This document shows positions 41,932 to 52,298 of a DNA stretch of 64,000 nt, piece after piece. The DNA lies in the sequence record SRR31156797_1306, one strand, 5' to 3'. Below the pieces are notes generated by a model that worked only from the letters and a program-made list of their open reading frames with translations, was not told the origin of the DNA and did not search any database. The translations under genes and the position numbers were made by a program. The stretch's first letter is position 1. The number at the start of each line of letters is the position of its first letter.

Positions 41932-41949
41932 TCGCAACTAACCGATATT

Positions 41950-41981
41950 AAAAAGCCAGTGATCAGATCACTGGCTTTTTT
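41950..41981 (+). terminator. Ferredoxin terminator
   Basis: AAAAGCCAGTGATC-a-GATCACTGGCTTTTT. Confidence 0.85.
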
Positions 41982-41994
41982 ATTGGGGTAAACT

Positions 41995-42030
41995 AAAAAA
42001 ATCCAGCAAGGGTAAACCTTACTGGATTTT
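41995..42030 (-). terminator. Curlin gene terminator
   Basis: AAAATCCAGCAAGG-gtaaa-CCTTACTGGATTTT. The C/A mismatch is a G:U pair on the minus strand, followed by a U run. Confidence 0.8.
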
Positions 42031-42055
42031 ATTATTAATTTAAAACCTAATTAAA

Positions 42056-43699
42056 TTACGGAGTTACCATACCATTCGATTGAGAAACAATCGCTGTATT
42101 TCCGTTACCAAATTGTTCCACTACAGACTCATGTCCAAGACCTGACTGGTATACATTTACATCATTATAACTACCAACTTGTAAAGTATATGAAGAATTA
42201 TCTTCACCTAACTGAACTGTTTTAGCAATATTTCCTTCGCCAAATGCCTGAATAGAAAGAGCTGAATTGTCATCACCTTCCTGAAGGATTAAAGCAGAAC
42301 TATTTGCAACGAAATATTGTCCAATTCCTGCTTCGTTACCAACACCTTCTTGTCCAATTCCTGCATAAGAATAAGCAGTATAAGCTTGCTCAACAAGTGC
42401 TAAATTATCAGTACCAATCTGTACGATTTCAGCTGTACTACCATAATTTTCAACTTGTGCAATTTCTGCTACATTATCAACACCATCTTGTCCGATGTAA
42501 GCAGTAGCATACATGTTATCTTCCTGATAGATATAAGCTTCGTTTGAAGCATTGTATTGCTCAACTAAAGCTCTATTGAATTCACCACCTATTTGCTTAA
42601 TTTCAGCAACTTGTCCATTTCCATATTGCTCAGCAATTGCAGTATTGTAAAAACCATCTTCCTGATTAATTTTTGCATCGTGGTTTTCACCTACTTGCAA
42701 TACACCTACATAATTTAATTCACCTCTTTCCTGGAATACATTTGCATCATTGTTATCACCAATTTGGAAAACCTGTGTTGCATTGTTTTTACCAAAATAT
42801 TGCTTGGTGAAAGCATAGTTAGAATTACCTACTTGTTGAGTTTCGCTATAGTTATAAGAACCATAATATTGAGAAGATCCTACATAGTTATTATCTCCAT
42901 TTTGCTTAATAAAGATCTCATTATTTTCGGTAGTACTTTGAGAACCGTAAGCATAATTATTGTTACCGCTTTGCTTAATCAATAAATCATTGTCAGTACC
43001 ATACCACTGATATACGTCTGCATCATTTTCATCTCCATTTTGGAAAACTTCAGCATTATTATCACCACCTAATTTCTGATCGATCATTGCATCATTCGAT
43101 GTACCAATTTGAGATACAAGTGCATAATCATTAGTAGTGATGTATTGCTTGATATTAGACAAGTTAGATTCACCAAACTGACTTACAATAGCTCTATCTT
43201 CACGTCCTTCTTGAGTAACGTACGACTGATTTAATCCACCAAATTGCAATACGAAAGCAGACTCTTTAGTCGCGTGCAATTGATCTACCTTAGACATATT
43301 AAGCATACCCGTTTGAAGAACAGTTGCTGAATTTTCGGCTCCTCCAATTTGATTAACCAATGAAATATTCAACAATCCAAATTGATTCACATAAGCTGAA
43401 TGTTCTTTACCTCTTTGAGCTAGTAAAGAAATATTTGAAGTACGATTCTGAACTAATGTATAATCATTTGATTTTCCTCTTTGATCTGATAAAGAGATAT
43501 TACCAAAACCATTTTGTTTTACATCTAATTCATTCCCATTTCCTTTTTGGTTATTATCATTGAAATTTAACATGCCAACCTGGTTAACTTTGGCAGTGTG
43601 GTTTTTTCCTTTTTGATTTACATCTGATTTATTGATTTGTGCTACTAGCATTCCACTAAAGCATAAACTTGCCATTGCGGTAAATAATAATTTTTTCAT
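42056..43699 (-). CDS. Long curlin-repeat (CsgA/CsgB-like) secreted protein
   Basis: Signal peptide, then continuous N-x-[AS]-x-[VIL]-x-Q-x-G-x-x-N repeats to the C-terminus. Q/N/G-rich. Confidence 0.88.
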   Translation of the reverse strand: MKKLLFTAMASLCFSGMLVAQINKSDVNQKGKNHTAKVNQVGMLNFNDNNQKGNGNELDVKQNGFGNISLSDQRGKSNDYTLVQNRTSNISLLAQRGKEHSAYVNQFGLLNISLVNQIGGAENSATVLQTGMLNMSKVDQLHATKESAFVLQFGGLNQSYVTQEGREDRAIVSQFGESNLSNIKQYITTNDYALVSQIGTSNDAMIDQKLGGDNNAEVFQNGDENDADVYQWYGTDNDLLIKQSGNNNYAYGSQSTTENNEIFIKQNGDNNYVGSSQYYGSYNYSETQQVGNSNYAFTKQYFGKNNATQVFQIGDNNDANVFQERGELNYVGVLQVGENHDAKINQEDGFYNTAIAEQYGNGQVAEIKQIGGEFNRALVEQYNASNEAYIYQEDNMYATAYIGQDGVDNVAEIAQVENYGSTAEIVQIGTDNLALVEQAYTAYSYAGIGQEGVGNEAGIGQYFVANSSALILQEGDDNSALSIQAFGEGNIAKTVQLGEDNSSYTLQVGSYNDVNVYQSGLGHESVVEQFGNGNTAIVSQSNGMVTP

Positions 43700-44271
43700 G
43701 GTTATGATTTTAAGTTTAAAATGAATAGTCAGGTTTCCCCGCTTTTTATTATGTGTTTATTTTCAGTTTGTTTGTCAATTGTAAAATTAAATAGATCATA
43801 TTAATTGAAAACTATTTTTACATTAAACTTAAAATTAGATTGACAGAAAATAGATTTTCATTTACGAATCCTCAACCCCCTCATAACCACACCACAATTA
43901 GTTAAATAAAATTAAACAAGAACTAAAATACTATTATATCTAAGATTAGCCTAGTAAATATAAAACTAGAAAAACCTTTATCGTACCAATTGGTGTTTTA
44001 ATGATAATTAAATGGCATTTAGGCAGTTTTTTTATGTATTTAATGGAAACAAAAGAAAAGTGTTATATGAAATAATAGATTCTAAAAAGAAGATTCATAC
44101 TTTTAAAACATATCGATAATCCTATTGTATTGAGCAAAGAGTGCACTTTATATGATCTCCTCAGTAACTATTTTGTATTTTAAATAAAAATGCAAAAATA
44201 AAGTGCGAAGCTATCTAGCCACGCACTTACATTAATTACATATTGATAATTCTATTTAGTCAGTCAGAAAA

Positions 44272-44826
44272 TCAATATATTATTTTGTTCATTTTTATAT
44301 CATGCTCATCAACTGGCACTTTATCTAACACCTGAAAATCGAAACAAATGCCAACTTTAAAGGCGCTTAAAGAAAGTAACAATCGATCGTAATAAGCTTT
44401 TCCTCTTCCCATCCTATTATTTTCCTTATCGAAGGCAACACCTGGAATCAAAATTAAATCAATTTCATCCTCAGCCATAAAAATGGGTCCATCAGGTTCC
44501 GGAATACCATAACTCTCTCCTTCAACAAGAGATTCCTTTCCTTCAAAAACCTTTAGGTCTAAAGTAGATCCTTTTACACAAGGAAGAATTACTCTTTTCT
44601 TCTTCGCCCATTTACATACAAACTCATGAGAAAACACCTCATCCTTCATCGACCAATACAGCATAACAGTACGAGCTTGAATAAATTCAGGCATCTCCTC
44701 CAATTTCTTCAAAATAGGTTCGGATAAATCCATTTTCTGCAAATCAGAATATCCTTGCTTAAGCAATTTTATTTCTTTACGAATTTTTCTTTTCTCTTCG
44801 TCGATATTGGTATTTGATGTATTCAT
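44272..44826 (-). CDS. 5-formyltetrahydrofolate cyclo-ligase
   Basis: KRKIRK, YGIPEP, LIPGVAFD...RMGRGKAYYDR, DEHDI. ATG at 44826. Confidence 0.93.
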   Translation of the reverse strand: MNTSNTNIDEEKRKIRKEIKLLKQGYSDLQKMDLSEPILKKLEEMPEFIQARTVMLYWSMKDEVFSHEFVCKWAKKKRVILPCVKGSTLDLKVFEGKESLVEGESYGIPEPDGPIFMAEDEIDLILIPGVAFDKENNRMGRGKAYYDRLLLSLSAFKVGICFDFQVLDKVPVDEHDIKMNKIIY

Positions 44827-44830
44827 AAGT

Positions 44831-45604
44831 TTATTCGTATATGTCGGTTCTTCTGTCTTTAAAGGCATCGTTTAATGGCGTAATCATTTTATTTCTTGAC
44901 AATTTTGGATCGATTTCAACCATTAGAATTTCTTCGTTCAAACCTGCTCTTACCAAAATTTCACCTTTAGGATTGACAATTATAGATTGACCAGTAAATG
45001 TTAGTTCCTTTTCCGTTCCAATTCTATTTGATGTAACAATGAAAGTTCTATTTACCAATGCATAGGAAGGAATCACCGATTGTGCATATGGCAATACCAA
45101 ATTAGAAGGATGTAAAATAACATCCACCCCTTTCAAAGCCAACTTTCGCCATACTTCCGGAAACATCCAATCGAAGCAAATCAACATTCCAATTTTTACA
45201 TTATCCACTTCAAAAATTGGCAGAGCAAGATTTCCAGGACTAAAAAACTTCTTTTCATTCATAAATAAATGAAGCTTTCTGTATTTTCCTATTACTCCCA
45301 TTTTATCGATTAACAATGACGAATTGTACAATTGATTTCCTTCTAATTCAGAAAATCCAGTAGCAATTTTAAATTGATATAATTCACATTGCGCTCTCAA
45401 AAATTCAACAAATACACTATTATTCGTATTTTCAGACAAACTCTTTGCCTCTTCAAGAGATCCAAAATTATAACCGGAATTTGCCAATTCTGGTAATACC
45501 ACAATATCAGCCTCTTCCGATTTTTTAAAAAGAGGTTTTAATTTTTCGATAGTAAAACTTAAATTTCCAAAAACTGGAGCAAATTGTATTGTGGCAATTT
45601 TCAT
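44831..45604 (-). CDS. Carbon-nitrogen hydrolase (nitrilase superfamily)
   Basis: LPEL, YRKLHLF, ICFDWMFPE (E-K-C triad). Confidence 0.92.
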   Translation of the reverse strand: MKIATIQFAPVFGNLSFTIEKLKPLFKKSEEADIVVLPELANSGYNFGSLEEAKSLSENTNNSVFVEFLRAQCELYQFKIATGFSELEGNQLYNSSLLIDKMGVIGKYRKLHLFMNEKKFFSPGNLALPIFEVDNVKIGMLICFDWMFPEVWRKLALKGVDVILHPSNLVLPYAQSVIPSYALVNRTFIVTSNRIGTEKELTFTGQSIIVNPKGEILVRAGLNEEILMVEIDPKLSRNKMITPLNDAFKDRRTDIYE

Positions 45605-45616
45605 TATAAGTAAATA

Positions 45617-46636
45617 TTATTCTGGCTGAAAAGATGATTTTCTTAAGATCATACCATAATCATTTTCTTTCATCAACTTCTCTAAGGTATAATCCTTATT
45701 CTTTTTCATGAATTCCTTTACAATTTGTAAACCTATCCAAATTCCGGTTCTCGAAGGAGATTCCTGAGGCATTCCTGATGTATTTGGTCCATCATTTATG
45801 TACTTGATAATAGTTCTATGCTGTGTATTGAACAAATGTTTTTGCTCTATAATATATCCCCAAATCAAATCTTCACTCTCCTGACACCAAGCCAAATCTT
45901 CTTTTGAATATTTCATGATATCCGCTTCAGATTTATCCGGCATAACTTGTTGAAGAAAGTATCTTATTTTTCCTTGATATATCATATTACTAATCAAGTC
46001 ATCCTTTTTTGGCAGGAAAGGAAACTCGGTTAATCCATAAGCCAAAATCACATCCTGAGCCACTCGTTTGGGAATCATATTTTTCCTGGCATACATTGGT
46101 GTTCTTAAAAGAGAATAGTATTCACATTCTTCACCCAAATATTTATCCAAACTAATGCCAACAATATCCTTTGCTACCACAATAGATTGATTAAAACCTG
46201 AAACTTGGGCATAAAATTTAGGCAATCGGTGATCAGGAAAATAATATTTTAAATATTTAAAAGCTTCCGTCAGTTCCGTTTCTTCTTTTTCGAGAGTAGG
46301 GAAAACTTCAAGAACCGTTACACTAACCTGCGTCATGGTGGTATCAAACAAGAATTTATTCAAATATTCCATATAATTAGGAACATCTGTATTTCCCAAG
46401 CCAATTACTTTGTTACTATACATGGAGAGATATTCACCATACTTTTCTTTAAATTTTTCAAGATTAGGATCCTCTTTCAAATCAAAAAGATCCTTATCGA
46501 ATCGATTGATTTTCACCTCAAGTTTAATATCCGAAATATCGGGGCGTTTTGAATTCGTATTGCAAGAGAAGAGTGTGAATACACACAATAGTAATATCTG
46601 AATGTTAGTACTTTTCTTCAAAAATGTCATCAACAT
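45617..46636 (-). CDS. gldB: GldB-like gliding motility lipoprotein
   Basis: Lipobox LFSC, RFDKDLF, ISLDKYLG, MIYQGK, ESPSRTGIWIGLQIV. Confidence 0.82.
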   Translation of the reverse strand: MLMTFLKKSTNIQILLLCVFTLFSCNTNSKRPDISDIKLEVKINRFDKDLFDLKEDPNLEKFKEKYGEYLSMYSNKVIGLGNTDVPNYMEYLNKFLFDTTMTQVSVTVLEVFPTLEKEETELTEAFKYLKYYFPDHRLPKFYAQVSGFNQSIVVAKDIVGISLDKYLGEECEYYSLLRTPMYARKNMIPKRVAQDVILAYGLTEFPFLPKKDDLISNMIYQGKIRYFLQQVMPDKSEADIMKYSKEDLAWCQESEDLIWGYIIEQKHLFNTQHRTIIKYINDGPNTSGMPQESPSRTGIWIGLQIVKEFMKKNKDYTLEKLMKENDYGMILRKSSFQPE

Positions 46637-46823
46637 GTATTTTAAATCTAATTTTTATCAAGTGAAACTCAAAAATAAACAAAGCATAATTCTTAGAAAA
46701 CATTTTCTGTACTTATAATGCCAGCTTTTTCGCTTCAGGCACAATTCATTTCCTTTTTATAACTAAATTTGCCTATCGCCGAAAAGGCTTCAATTTAGAT
46801 TATTCGAGACAATACAATAGAAG

Positions 46824-48470
46824 ATGAAAATAGCATTAGCCCAATTGAATTACCATATTGGCAATTTCGAAAGCAATACTGAGAAGATTATTTCAACAAT
46901 AGAAAAATCGCGAAACGAGAAAGTAGATCTTGTTGTTTTTTCGGAACTAGCCATTTGTGGGTATCCTCCAAAAGATTTATTGGAAAGAAAAGACTTTATC
47001 GAACGTGCACAATCTGCTTTGCAAAAAGTTGCTGATTCTTGTATAGATATAGCCGCAGTGGTTGGCGGACCTTCAATCAATCCACATGCAAAGGGGAAAA
47101 ATTTATACAATTCGGCTTATTTTATCTCTAATGGTAAAGTGGAAAGCATACACAACAAAACCTTGCTTCCCAATTACGATATTTTCGATGAATACAGATA
47201 TTTTGAACCCAACACCGAATTCTCATTGGTTGAGTTTAAAGGAAAGAAGATTGCCTTAACAGTTTGTGAAGATTTATGGGAGAAACAGCCTGTAGATAAT
47301 AATTTTTCGAAATCGGAATTGTACAACATTTCTCCAATGGAGGAGTTGAGCAAGTTGAATCCTGATTTTGTAGTTAATATTGCAGCCTCACCTTTTTCAT
47401 ACAATCAGCAGGATCACAGAACCAATATTTTGAAGTCGTGTACTCAAAAGTACCAATTACCAGTTTTCTACGTGAATCAAATTGGTGCTCATACCGAATT
47501 GATTTTCGATGGAGATTCAATGGCTTTGAATTCGAAAGGAGAAGTAGCTTGTCGCTTAAAATATTTTGAAGAAGATTATCAGGTTGTTGATTTGAATGAA
47601 ATTGAAAACACCAAAATAGAGAGTGAAGAGGTTGATTATATCGAAAAAATTCATGATGCTTTGGTTCTTGGACTAAAAGATTACTTCGGTAAAATGGGTT
47701 TCAAGCAAGCAACATTAGGCTTATCGGGAGGAATTGATTCCGCTGTAACTGTTGTTTTAGCTGAACGAGCGTTGGGAAAAGAAAATGTAAGAGTTTTATT
47801 ATTGCCATCTGAATTCTCATCGGATCATTCGGTAAATGATGCGGTTGCTTTAGCCGAGAATCTGGGTATTCAGTACGAAATAGTAGCAATTCAGGATATC
47901 TTTAATGAATTTCAAAAATCATTGGCTCCGATATTTGGCGATTTGCCTTTTAACGTAGCTGAAGAAAACATACAAGCACGAGTTCGTGGAACTTTAATGA
48001 TGGGCTTATCGAATAAGTTCGGACACATTCTTTTAAATACATCAAACAAGAGTGAAGCTGCAGTTGGATACGGAACTCTTTATGGAGATATGAATGGTGG
48101 CTTATCGGTATTGGGCGATGTTTACAAAACAGATGTCTTTAAAATGGCTTGGTTTATGAACAAGGATGCCGAAGTGATTCCAGAAAATACCATCGTGAAA
48201 CCACCATCGGCTGAGTTGCGTCCAGATCAGAAAGATTCTGATTCATTACCCGATTATGACATTTTAGATGGTATTTTGTACCGATATATAGAAAAAAATA
48301 TGTCTTCTGAAGAAATTATTGCAGAAGGTTTCGAGAAAGAAACGGTAAATAAAGCAATTCGTTTGGTAAACATGAATGAGTACAAAAGATTCCAGACTCC
48401 GCCTATATTGCGCGTTTCATCTAAGGCTTTTGGCTTCGGTCGTAAAATTCCATTGGTAGCAAAACACTAG
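46824..48470 (+). CDS. nadE: Glutamine-dependent NAD+ synthetase
   Basis: Glutaminase domain (SEL..CGYPP, K.LLPNY, CEDLW) and synthetase domain (GLSGGIDS, ENIQAR, NKSE, PSAEL). Confidence 0.97.
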   Translation: MKIALAQLNYHIGNFESNTEKIISTIEKSRNEKVDLVVFSELAICGYPPKDLLERKDFIERAQSALQKVADSCIDIAAVVGGPSINPHAKGKNLYNSAYFISNGKVESIHNKTLLPNYDIFDEYRYFEPNTEFSLVEFKGKKIALTVCEDLWEKQPVDNNFSKSELYNISPMEELSKLNPDFVVNIAASPFSYNQQDHRTNILKSCTQKYQLPVFYVNQIGAHTELIFDGDSMALNSKGEVACRLKYFEEDYQVVDLNEIENTKIESEEVDYIEKIHDALVLGLKDYFGKMGFKQATLGLSGGIDSAVTVVLAERALGKENVRVLLLPSEFSSDHSVNDAVALAENLGIQYEIVAIQDIFNEFQKSLAPIFGDLPFNVAEENIQARVRGTLMMGLSNKFGHILLNTSNKSEAAVGYGTLYGDMNGGLSVLGDVYKTDVFKMAWFMNKDAEVIPENTIVKPPSAELRPDQKDSDSLPDYDILDGILYRYIEKNMSSEEIIAEGFEKETVNKAIRLVNMNEYKRFQTPPILRVSSKAFGFGRKIPLVAKH

Positions 48471-48627
48471 GTGTTGGGTATAAACACCTACAAAATAGCA
48501 TGTTGTCGAACATTGACGAAATAATGAATTTTTTCTCTATTCATTTTCTCGTTTAATATCATTTATATACTTTTGAACTGTTTTAAAACATGCAAGTATA
48601 TTTTTTAAACCATATTCCGCTTTAGGT

Positions 48628-49344
48628 ATGATTGAGAATGAAAGAAAGTCAAGGGAGACTATTTGTGGAGAAGTGATAAACAATCCAAACTCTGTTTTTA
48701 ATGTTCTTACTCCTGTAGAAAAGGAAGAATTAAAGTCGAATATGACTTGTTCTTTTTTTAAGAAGGGAGAATACATTTACAAAGAAGGGGAAAGACCAAT
48801 TGGTCTGATTTGTTTGTCGGAAGGAAAAGTTAAGATTTTTAAAGAAGGTGTTGGCGGACGAGAGCAGATTGTTCGTATGGCAAAGCCTATTGGATTTATT
48901 GGATATCGAGCACTATTTGCCGAAGAAAATAATATCGCCTCGGCAGTGGCAATCGAAGATTCGATTACCTGTACTGTAAGTTACGATCTGATTCTTAAGT
49001 TGCTTCGTTCGAATCCTGAATTGGCACTTTGCATCATTCGATCTCTTTCTACAGAGCTTGGTTTCTCGAACAACAGAACCATTACGCTTACACAGAAGCA
49101 CATTCGCGGACGTTTGGCTGAATCCTTACTATTCCTTCGCGATACTTATGGATTTGAAGACGACGAGGCAACCATTAAGGTTTACCTGTCGAGAGAAGAT
49201 ATTGCAAACTTATCGAACATGACAACTTCCAACGCAATTCGTACATTATCTACTTTTGCAAGCGAAGGTGTAATTGCGATTGACGGAAGAAAAATAAAAA
49301 TACTAGACAAGGTTCGCCTTGATCGAATTAGTAAATTAGGATAA
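48628..49344 (+). CDS. Crp/Fnr family transcriptional regulator
   Basis: cNMP-binding-like domain and C-terminal HTH (LSREDIANL..MTTSNAIRTLS). Confidence 0.95.
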   Translation: MIENERKSRETICGEVINNPNSVFNVLTPVEKEELKSNMTCSFFKKGEYIYKEGERPIGLICLSEGKVKIFKEGVGGREQIVRMAKPIGFIGYRALFAEENNIASAVAIEDSITCTVSYDLILKLLRSNPELALCIIRSLSTELGFSNNRTITLTQKHIRGRLAESLLFLRDTYGFEDDEATIKVYLSREDIANLSNMTTSNAIRTLSTFASEGVIAIDGRKIKILDKVRLDRISKLG

Positions 49345-49365
49345 CTTTTAAGAACAATATTGAAG

Positions 49366-49398
49366 AAAGAGACATTGCTTGCAGTGTCTCTTTTTTTT
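49366..49398 (+). terminator. Intrinsic terminator
   Basis: AAAGAGACATTGC-tt-GCAGTGTCTCTTT plus T run. Confidence 0.8.
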
Positions 49399-49409
49399 AT
49401 TCGTTCATA

Positions 49410-49613
49410 TTACTTCTTGCCTTCTCGCAATGATTTGTTGGTAAATATCAAAAAAATAGAAACAAAACCACCTATAATAATAGCATCTACAATCTCCTTT
49501 CGAATACTTTCTCTAGCTGACGAAAGTACATAGTCTAACAACCATTCACCAATAAACATACCCAAACTAAATACACAGAATAGAATAAGAAAATTTTTAA
49601 ATATTAATTTCAT
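49410..49613 (-). CDS. Small hypothetical two-TM membrane protein
   Basis: ATG start, two hydrophobic helices, basic tail, sits in an otherwise empty gap. Confidence 0.6.
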   Translation of the reverse strand: MKLIFKNFLILFCVFSLGMFIGEWLLDYVLSSARESIRKEIVDAIIIGGFVSIFLIFTNKSLREGKK

Positions 49614-49817
49614 AAATTTCTAAATTACATTTTTCTCTGATTGAAAATTAAACCATAACACTTTAACATACAAATGATATTAGTTCTAATTATACTTAAT
49701 TAAAGTAACGAGAATCAATTTGCTTCTAATAAGAACATATTTTAAAGATATCACGGCAAGAAAATATTTATTTGAACCAACCATTTTTTTTGTGAATGTT
49801 GGAAATAGCAGAATTAA

Positions 49818-52289
49818 TTATTCCTGTAAATAAACACGCTTAACGCGACGGGAAACGGTAGTAAGAATTTCGTAGGGAATTGTATCGAGTTGTTGAGCCA
49901 GCTCGCTAACCGGATGTTCGTCGCCAAATATAATAACTGCATCGCCTTCGTGAGCAGTCACACCAGTAAGGTCTATCATGCTCATGTCCATACAAACATT
50001 GCCTACAACAGGACATAATCTGCCATTTACCAACACCTTTCCGACTCCATTGCTAAGTCTACGACTAAAACCATCGGCATAACCAATTGGAATAATTCCA
50101 ATGCGAGTATCCTCACTTAAAACACCCATGCGACCATAACCAACGGTATTTTCTTTAGAAACTTCCTTAATTTGCGATATGGTAGTTTTAAGAGTACTCA
50201 CATTCATCAATTTGTCCTGATGAACCGGACTTATTCCATACAAGCCAATGCCCAGGCGGACCATTTCGAATTGTGCGTGCGAAAATCGTTCTATACCAGC
50301 AGAATTCAGCACATGGCGATCTATTTTGTAATCGAATTGAGATCTTATTTTATCACTCCACTTGCTAAACAATTCAATTTGCTGAGTGGTATAATTGTCG
50401 TGTTGTTCTTCGTCGGCACCTGCCAAATGTGAAAATACCGATCGTAGATAAAAGAACTCATTATCATGAGTGGCTTCAATTAATTCGTCCAAATCATCCT
50501 GCATAAAACCCATTCGATGCATTCCTGTATCCAGCTTGATGTGAATAGGATAATTCTTTACCAAATTCTGTCGCAATGCTTTTTGGAATTCTTTAAGGAT
50601 TTTGATGTTGTAGATTTCGGGTTCGAGCCTGTACTCTATCATGGTTTCGAAAGAGTGCGGTTCTGGATTCATCACAATGATAGGAATGTTGATTCCAGCA
50701 TTTCGCAACTCCACACCCTCATCGGCAATGGCAACAGCCAGGTAATCTACCCTGTGATATTGCAGTAGATTGGCTATTTCTGTTGATCCACTTCCATAAG
50801 AGAATGCCTTTACCATTACGGTAAGCTTTGTCTCTGGTTTAAGCAAGGATCTAAAATAATTCAGATTGTGCACCATGGCGGTTAAATCGACCTCTAAAAC
50901 CGTTCGATGCGCCTTAAATTGCAATGCTTTTGATATTCTTTCGAAGTGAAAATCACGAGCTCCTTTAATCAGAATTAATTCATCGTTAAACTGATTTCGA
51001 TTTAGATCGGATAGAAAAATATCGGTTGATGGGTAAAAAGAAGCCTCGCCCTCAAACAATTCAGCTAGCGATGATATTCTTTCTCCAATTCCAACGAGTC
51101 GATCAAGTTTCTTTTTTTCGATTAGCTTAGCTACTAGTTTATATAGTTTCCGGTCTGAAACACCCGCCTGATAAATATCTGATAAAATGAGCGTCTTTTT
51201 TTTATCATGTTGCTGGCGATTCATTAAATCAAGAGCAATTTCGAGGGAACCCAAATCAGAATTGTAGTAATCGTTTATTAAAGTACAGTTTCCAAAACCT
51301 TCCTTTATTTCCAATCGCATTGCAATTGGTTCCAGCTTAATCATTGCCTTTTTTAAAACCTCAATATCTACATCCAATATCATTGCTGTAACATAGGCAG
51401 TAATAGCATTGTTAACAGAAGCACGATCGGTAAACGGAATCACAATTTCGTTTTCGATACAATTGACTTTATAAATGATTCGCGTAAAGTTTTCTTCAAC
51501 TTTTTCCTTAAGGATCATAAAATAAGCATACTTATTTCTTGACCAGTTAATGTGTTCCTGCTTACGCTCCAATCCCTGTACAAAGGAACGTTCAACCAAT
51601 GAATCGTCGGAACAATAAACCACTTTTTCACAACTTGAGAACAAATTGATCTTCTCGTAAATAAGATGCAGTTTTCCTGTAAAATTTTCGCGATGTGCTT
51701 CTCCCAGGTGCGTAAATACGCCAATGTTTGGCTGTATGATCTCTGCAAGTCGCGACATTTCATTCGGCTGAGAAATTCCGGCTTCTATAATTGCCAGGTT
51801 AGCCTCCTTGTTCATGTTCCACAAAGATAAAGGAACACCAACCTGCGAATTGTAACTCTTTGGGCTTCGAACAATAGTAAATGATTCATTCAATAACTGA
51901 TACAACCACTCTTTTACGATGGTTTTTCCGTTACTTCCCGTTATTCCAACTACCGGATAAGAAAATTGTTCCCTATGATATTTACTTAGTTGCTGAAGTG
52001 CATCCAGGGTATTTTCAACCAGTACAAATCCCGCTTCCGGGTAATTTTGAATTTCTACCTCAGTATTGCTGATCACAAAAGCTCTTACGCCTTTTTTATA
52101 CAAATCAGCTATATAAGTATGTCCATTGTGGCGTTCACCAACAAGGGCAAAAAATAGCGTTTGCTCTGCAATTAATAAAGATCTGCTATCGATAGACAAT
52201 GATCGTACACAAATAGAAGAATCACCCAAAAGTTTCCCTTCAGTAATTCTGGCAATCGATTCAATTGAATAGCTATTATCAGATCTCAT
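49818..52289 (-). CDS. alr: Bifunctional MurF-like ligase / alanine racemase
   Basis: MurF-like part (DSR, ITGSNGKT, SYNSQVG, NDYYN) fused to Alr (MVKAFSYG, HIKLDTGMHRMG, VRLGIGLYG, GYADG, CMD, TIPYE). Confidence 0.95.
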   Translation of the reverse strand: MRSDNSYSIESIARITEGKLLGDSSICVRSLSIDSRSLLIAEQTLFFALVGERHNGHTYIADLYKKGVRAFVISNTEVEIQNYPEAGFVLVENTLDALQQLSKYHREQFSYPVVGITGSNGKTIVKEWLYQLLNESFTIVRSPKSYNSQVGVPLSLWNMNKEANLAIIEAGISQPNEMSRLAEIIQPNIGVFTHLGEAHRENFTGKLHLIYEKINLFSSCEKVVYCSDDSLVERSFVQGLERKQEHINWSRNKYAYFMILKEKVEENFTRIIYKVNCIENEIVIPFTDRASVNNAITAYVTAMILDVDIEVLKKAMIKLEPIAMRLEIKEGFGNCTLINDYYNSDLGSLEIALDLMNRQQHDKKKTLILSDIYQAGVSDRKLYKLVAKLIEKKKLDRLVGIGERISSLAELFEGEASFYPSTDIFLSDLNRNQFNDELILIKGARDFHFERISKALQFKAHRTVLEVDLTAMVHNLNYFRSLLKPETKLTVMVKAFSYGSGSTEIANLLQYHRVDYLAVAIADEGVELRNAGINIPIIVMNPEPHSFETMIEYRLEPEIYNIKILKEFQKALRQNLVKNYPIHIKLDTGMHRMGFMQDDLDELIEATHDNEFFYLRSVFSHLAGADEEQHDNYTTQQIELFSKWSDKIRSQFDYKIDRHVLNSAGIERFSHAQFEMVRLGIGLYGISPVHQDKLMNVSTLKTTISQIKEVSKENTVGYGRMGVLSEDTRIGIIPIGYADGFSRRLSNGVGKVLVNGRLCPVVGNVCMDMSMIDLTGVTAHEGDAVIIFGDEHPVSELAQQLDTIPYEILTTVSRRVKRVYLQE

Positions 52290-52298
52290 ATAAAGTTT

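Noticed and set aside
41722-41937. 71-aa minus-strand ORF in the track
   Set aside because: Antisense shadow of the plus-strand ferredoxin.
43725-43790. GCGGGGAAACC upstream of the curlin gene resembling the 3' end of a c-di-GMP-I riboswitch
   Set aside because: The paired P2/P3 stems and the GGCAAACC...GGACGCAAAGC core are absent. Only a 4-bp hairpin is supported.
44200-44870. 6S RNA next to the 5-formyl-THF cyclo-ligase gene
   Set aside because: The upstream side is occupied by the nitrilase CDS (4-bp gap), and only a short terminator-like hairpin lies downstream.
49818-52289. MurF-Alr fusion as a novelty
   Set aside because: This fusion is common in Bacteroidota.
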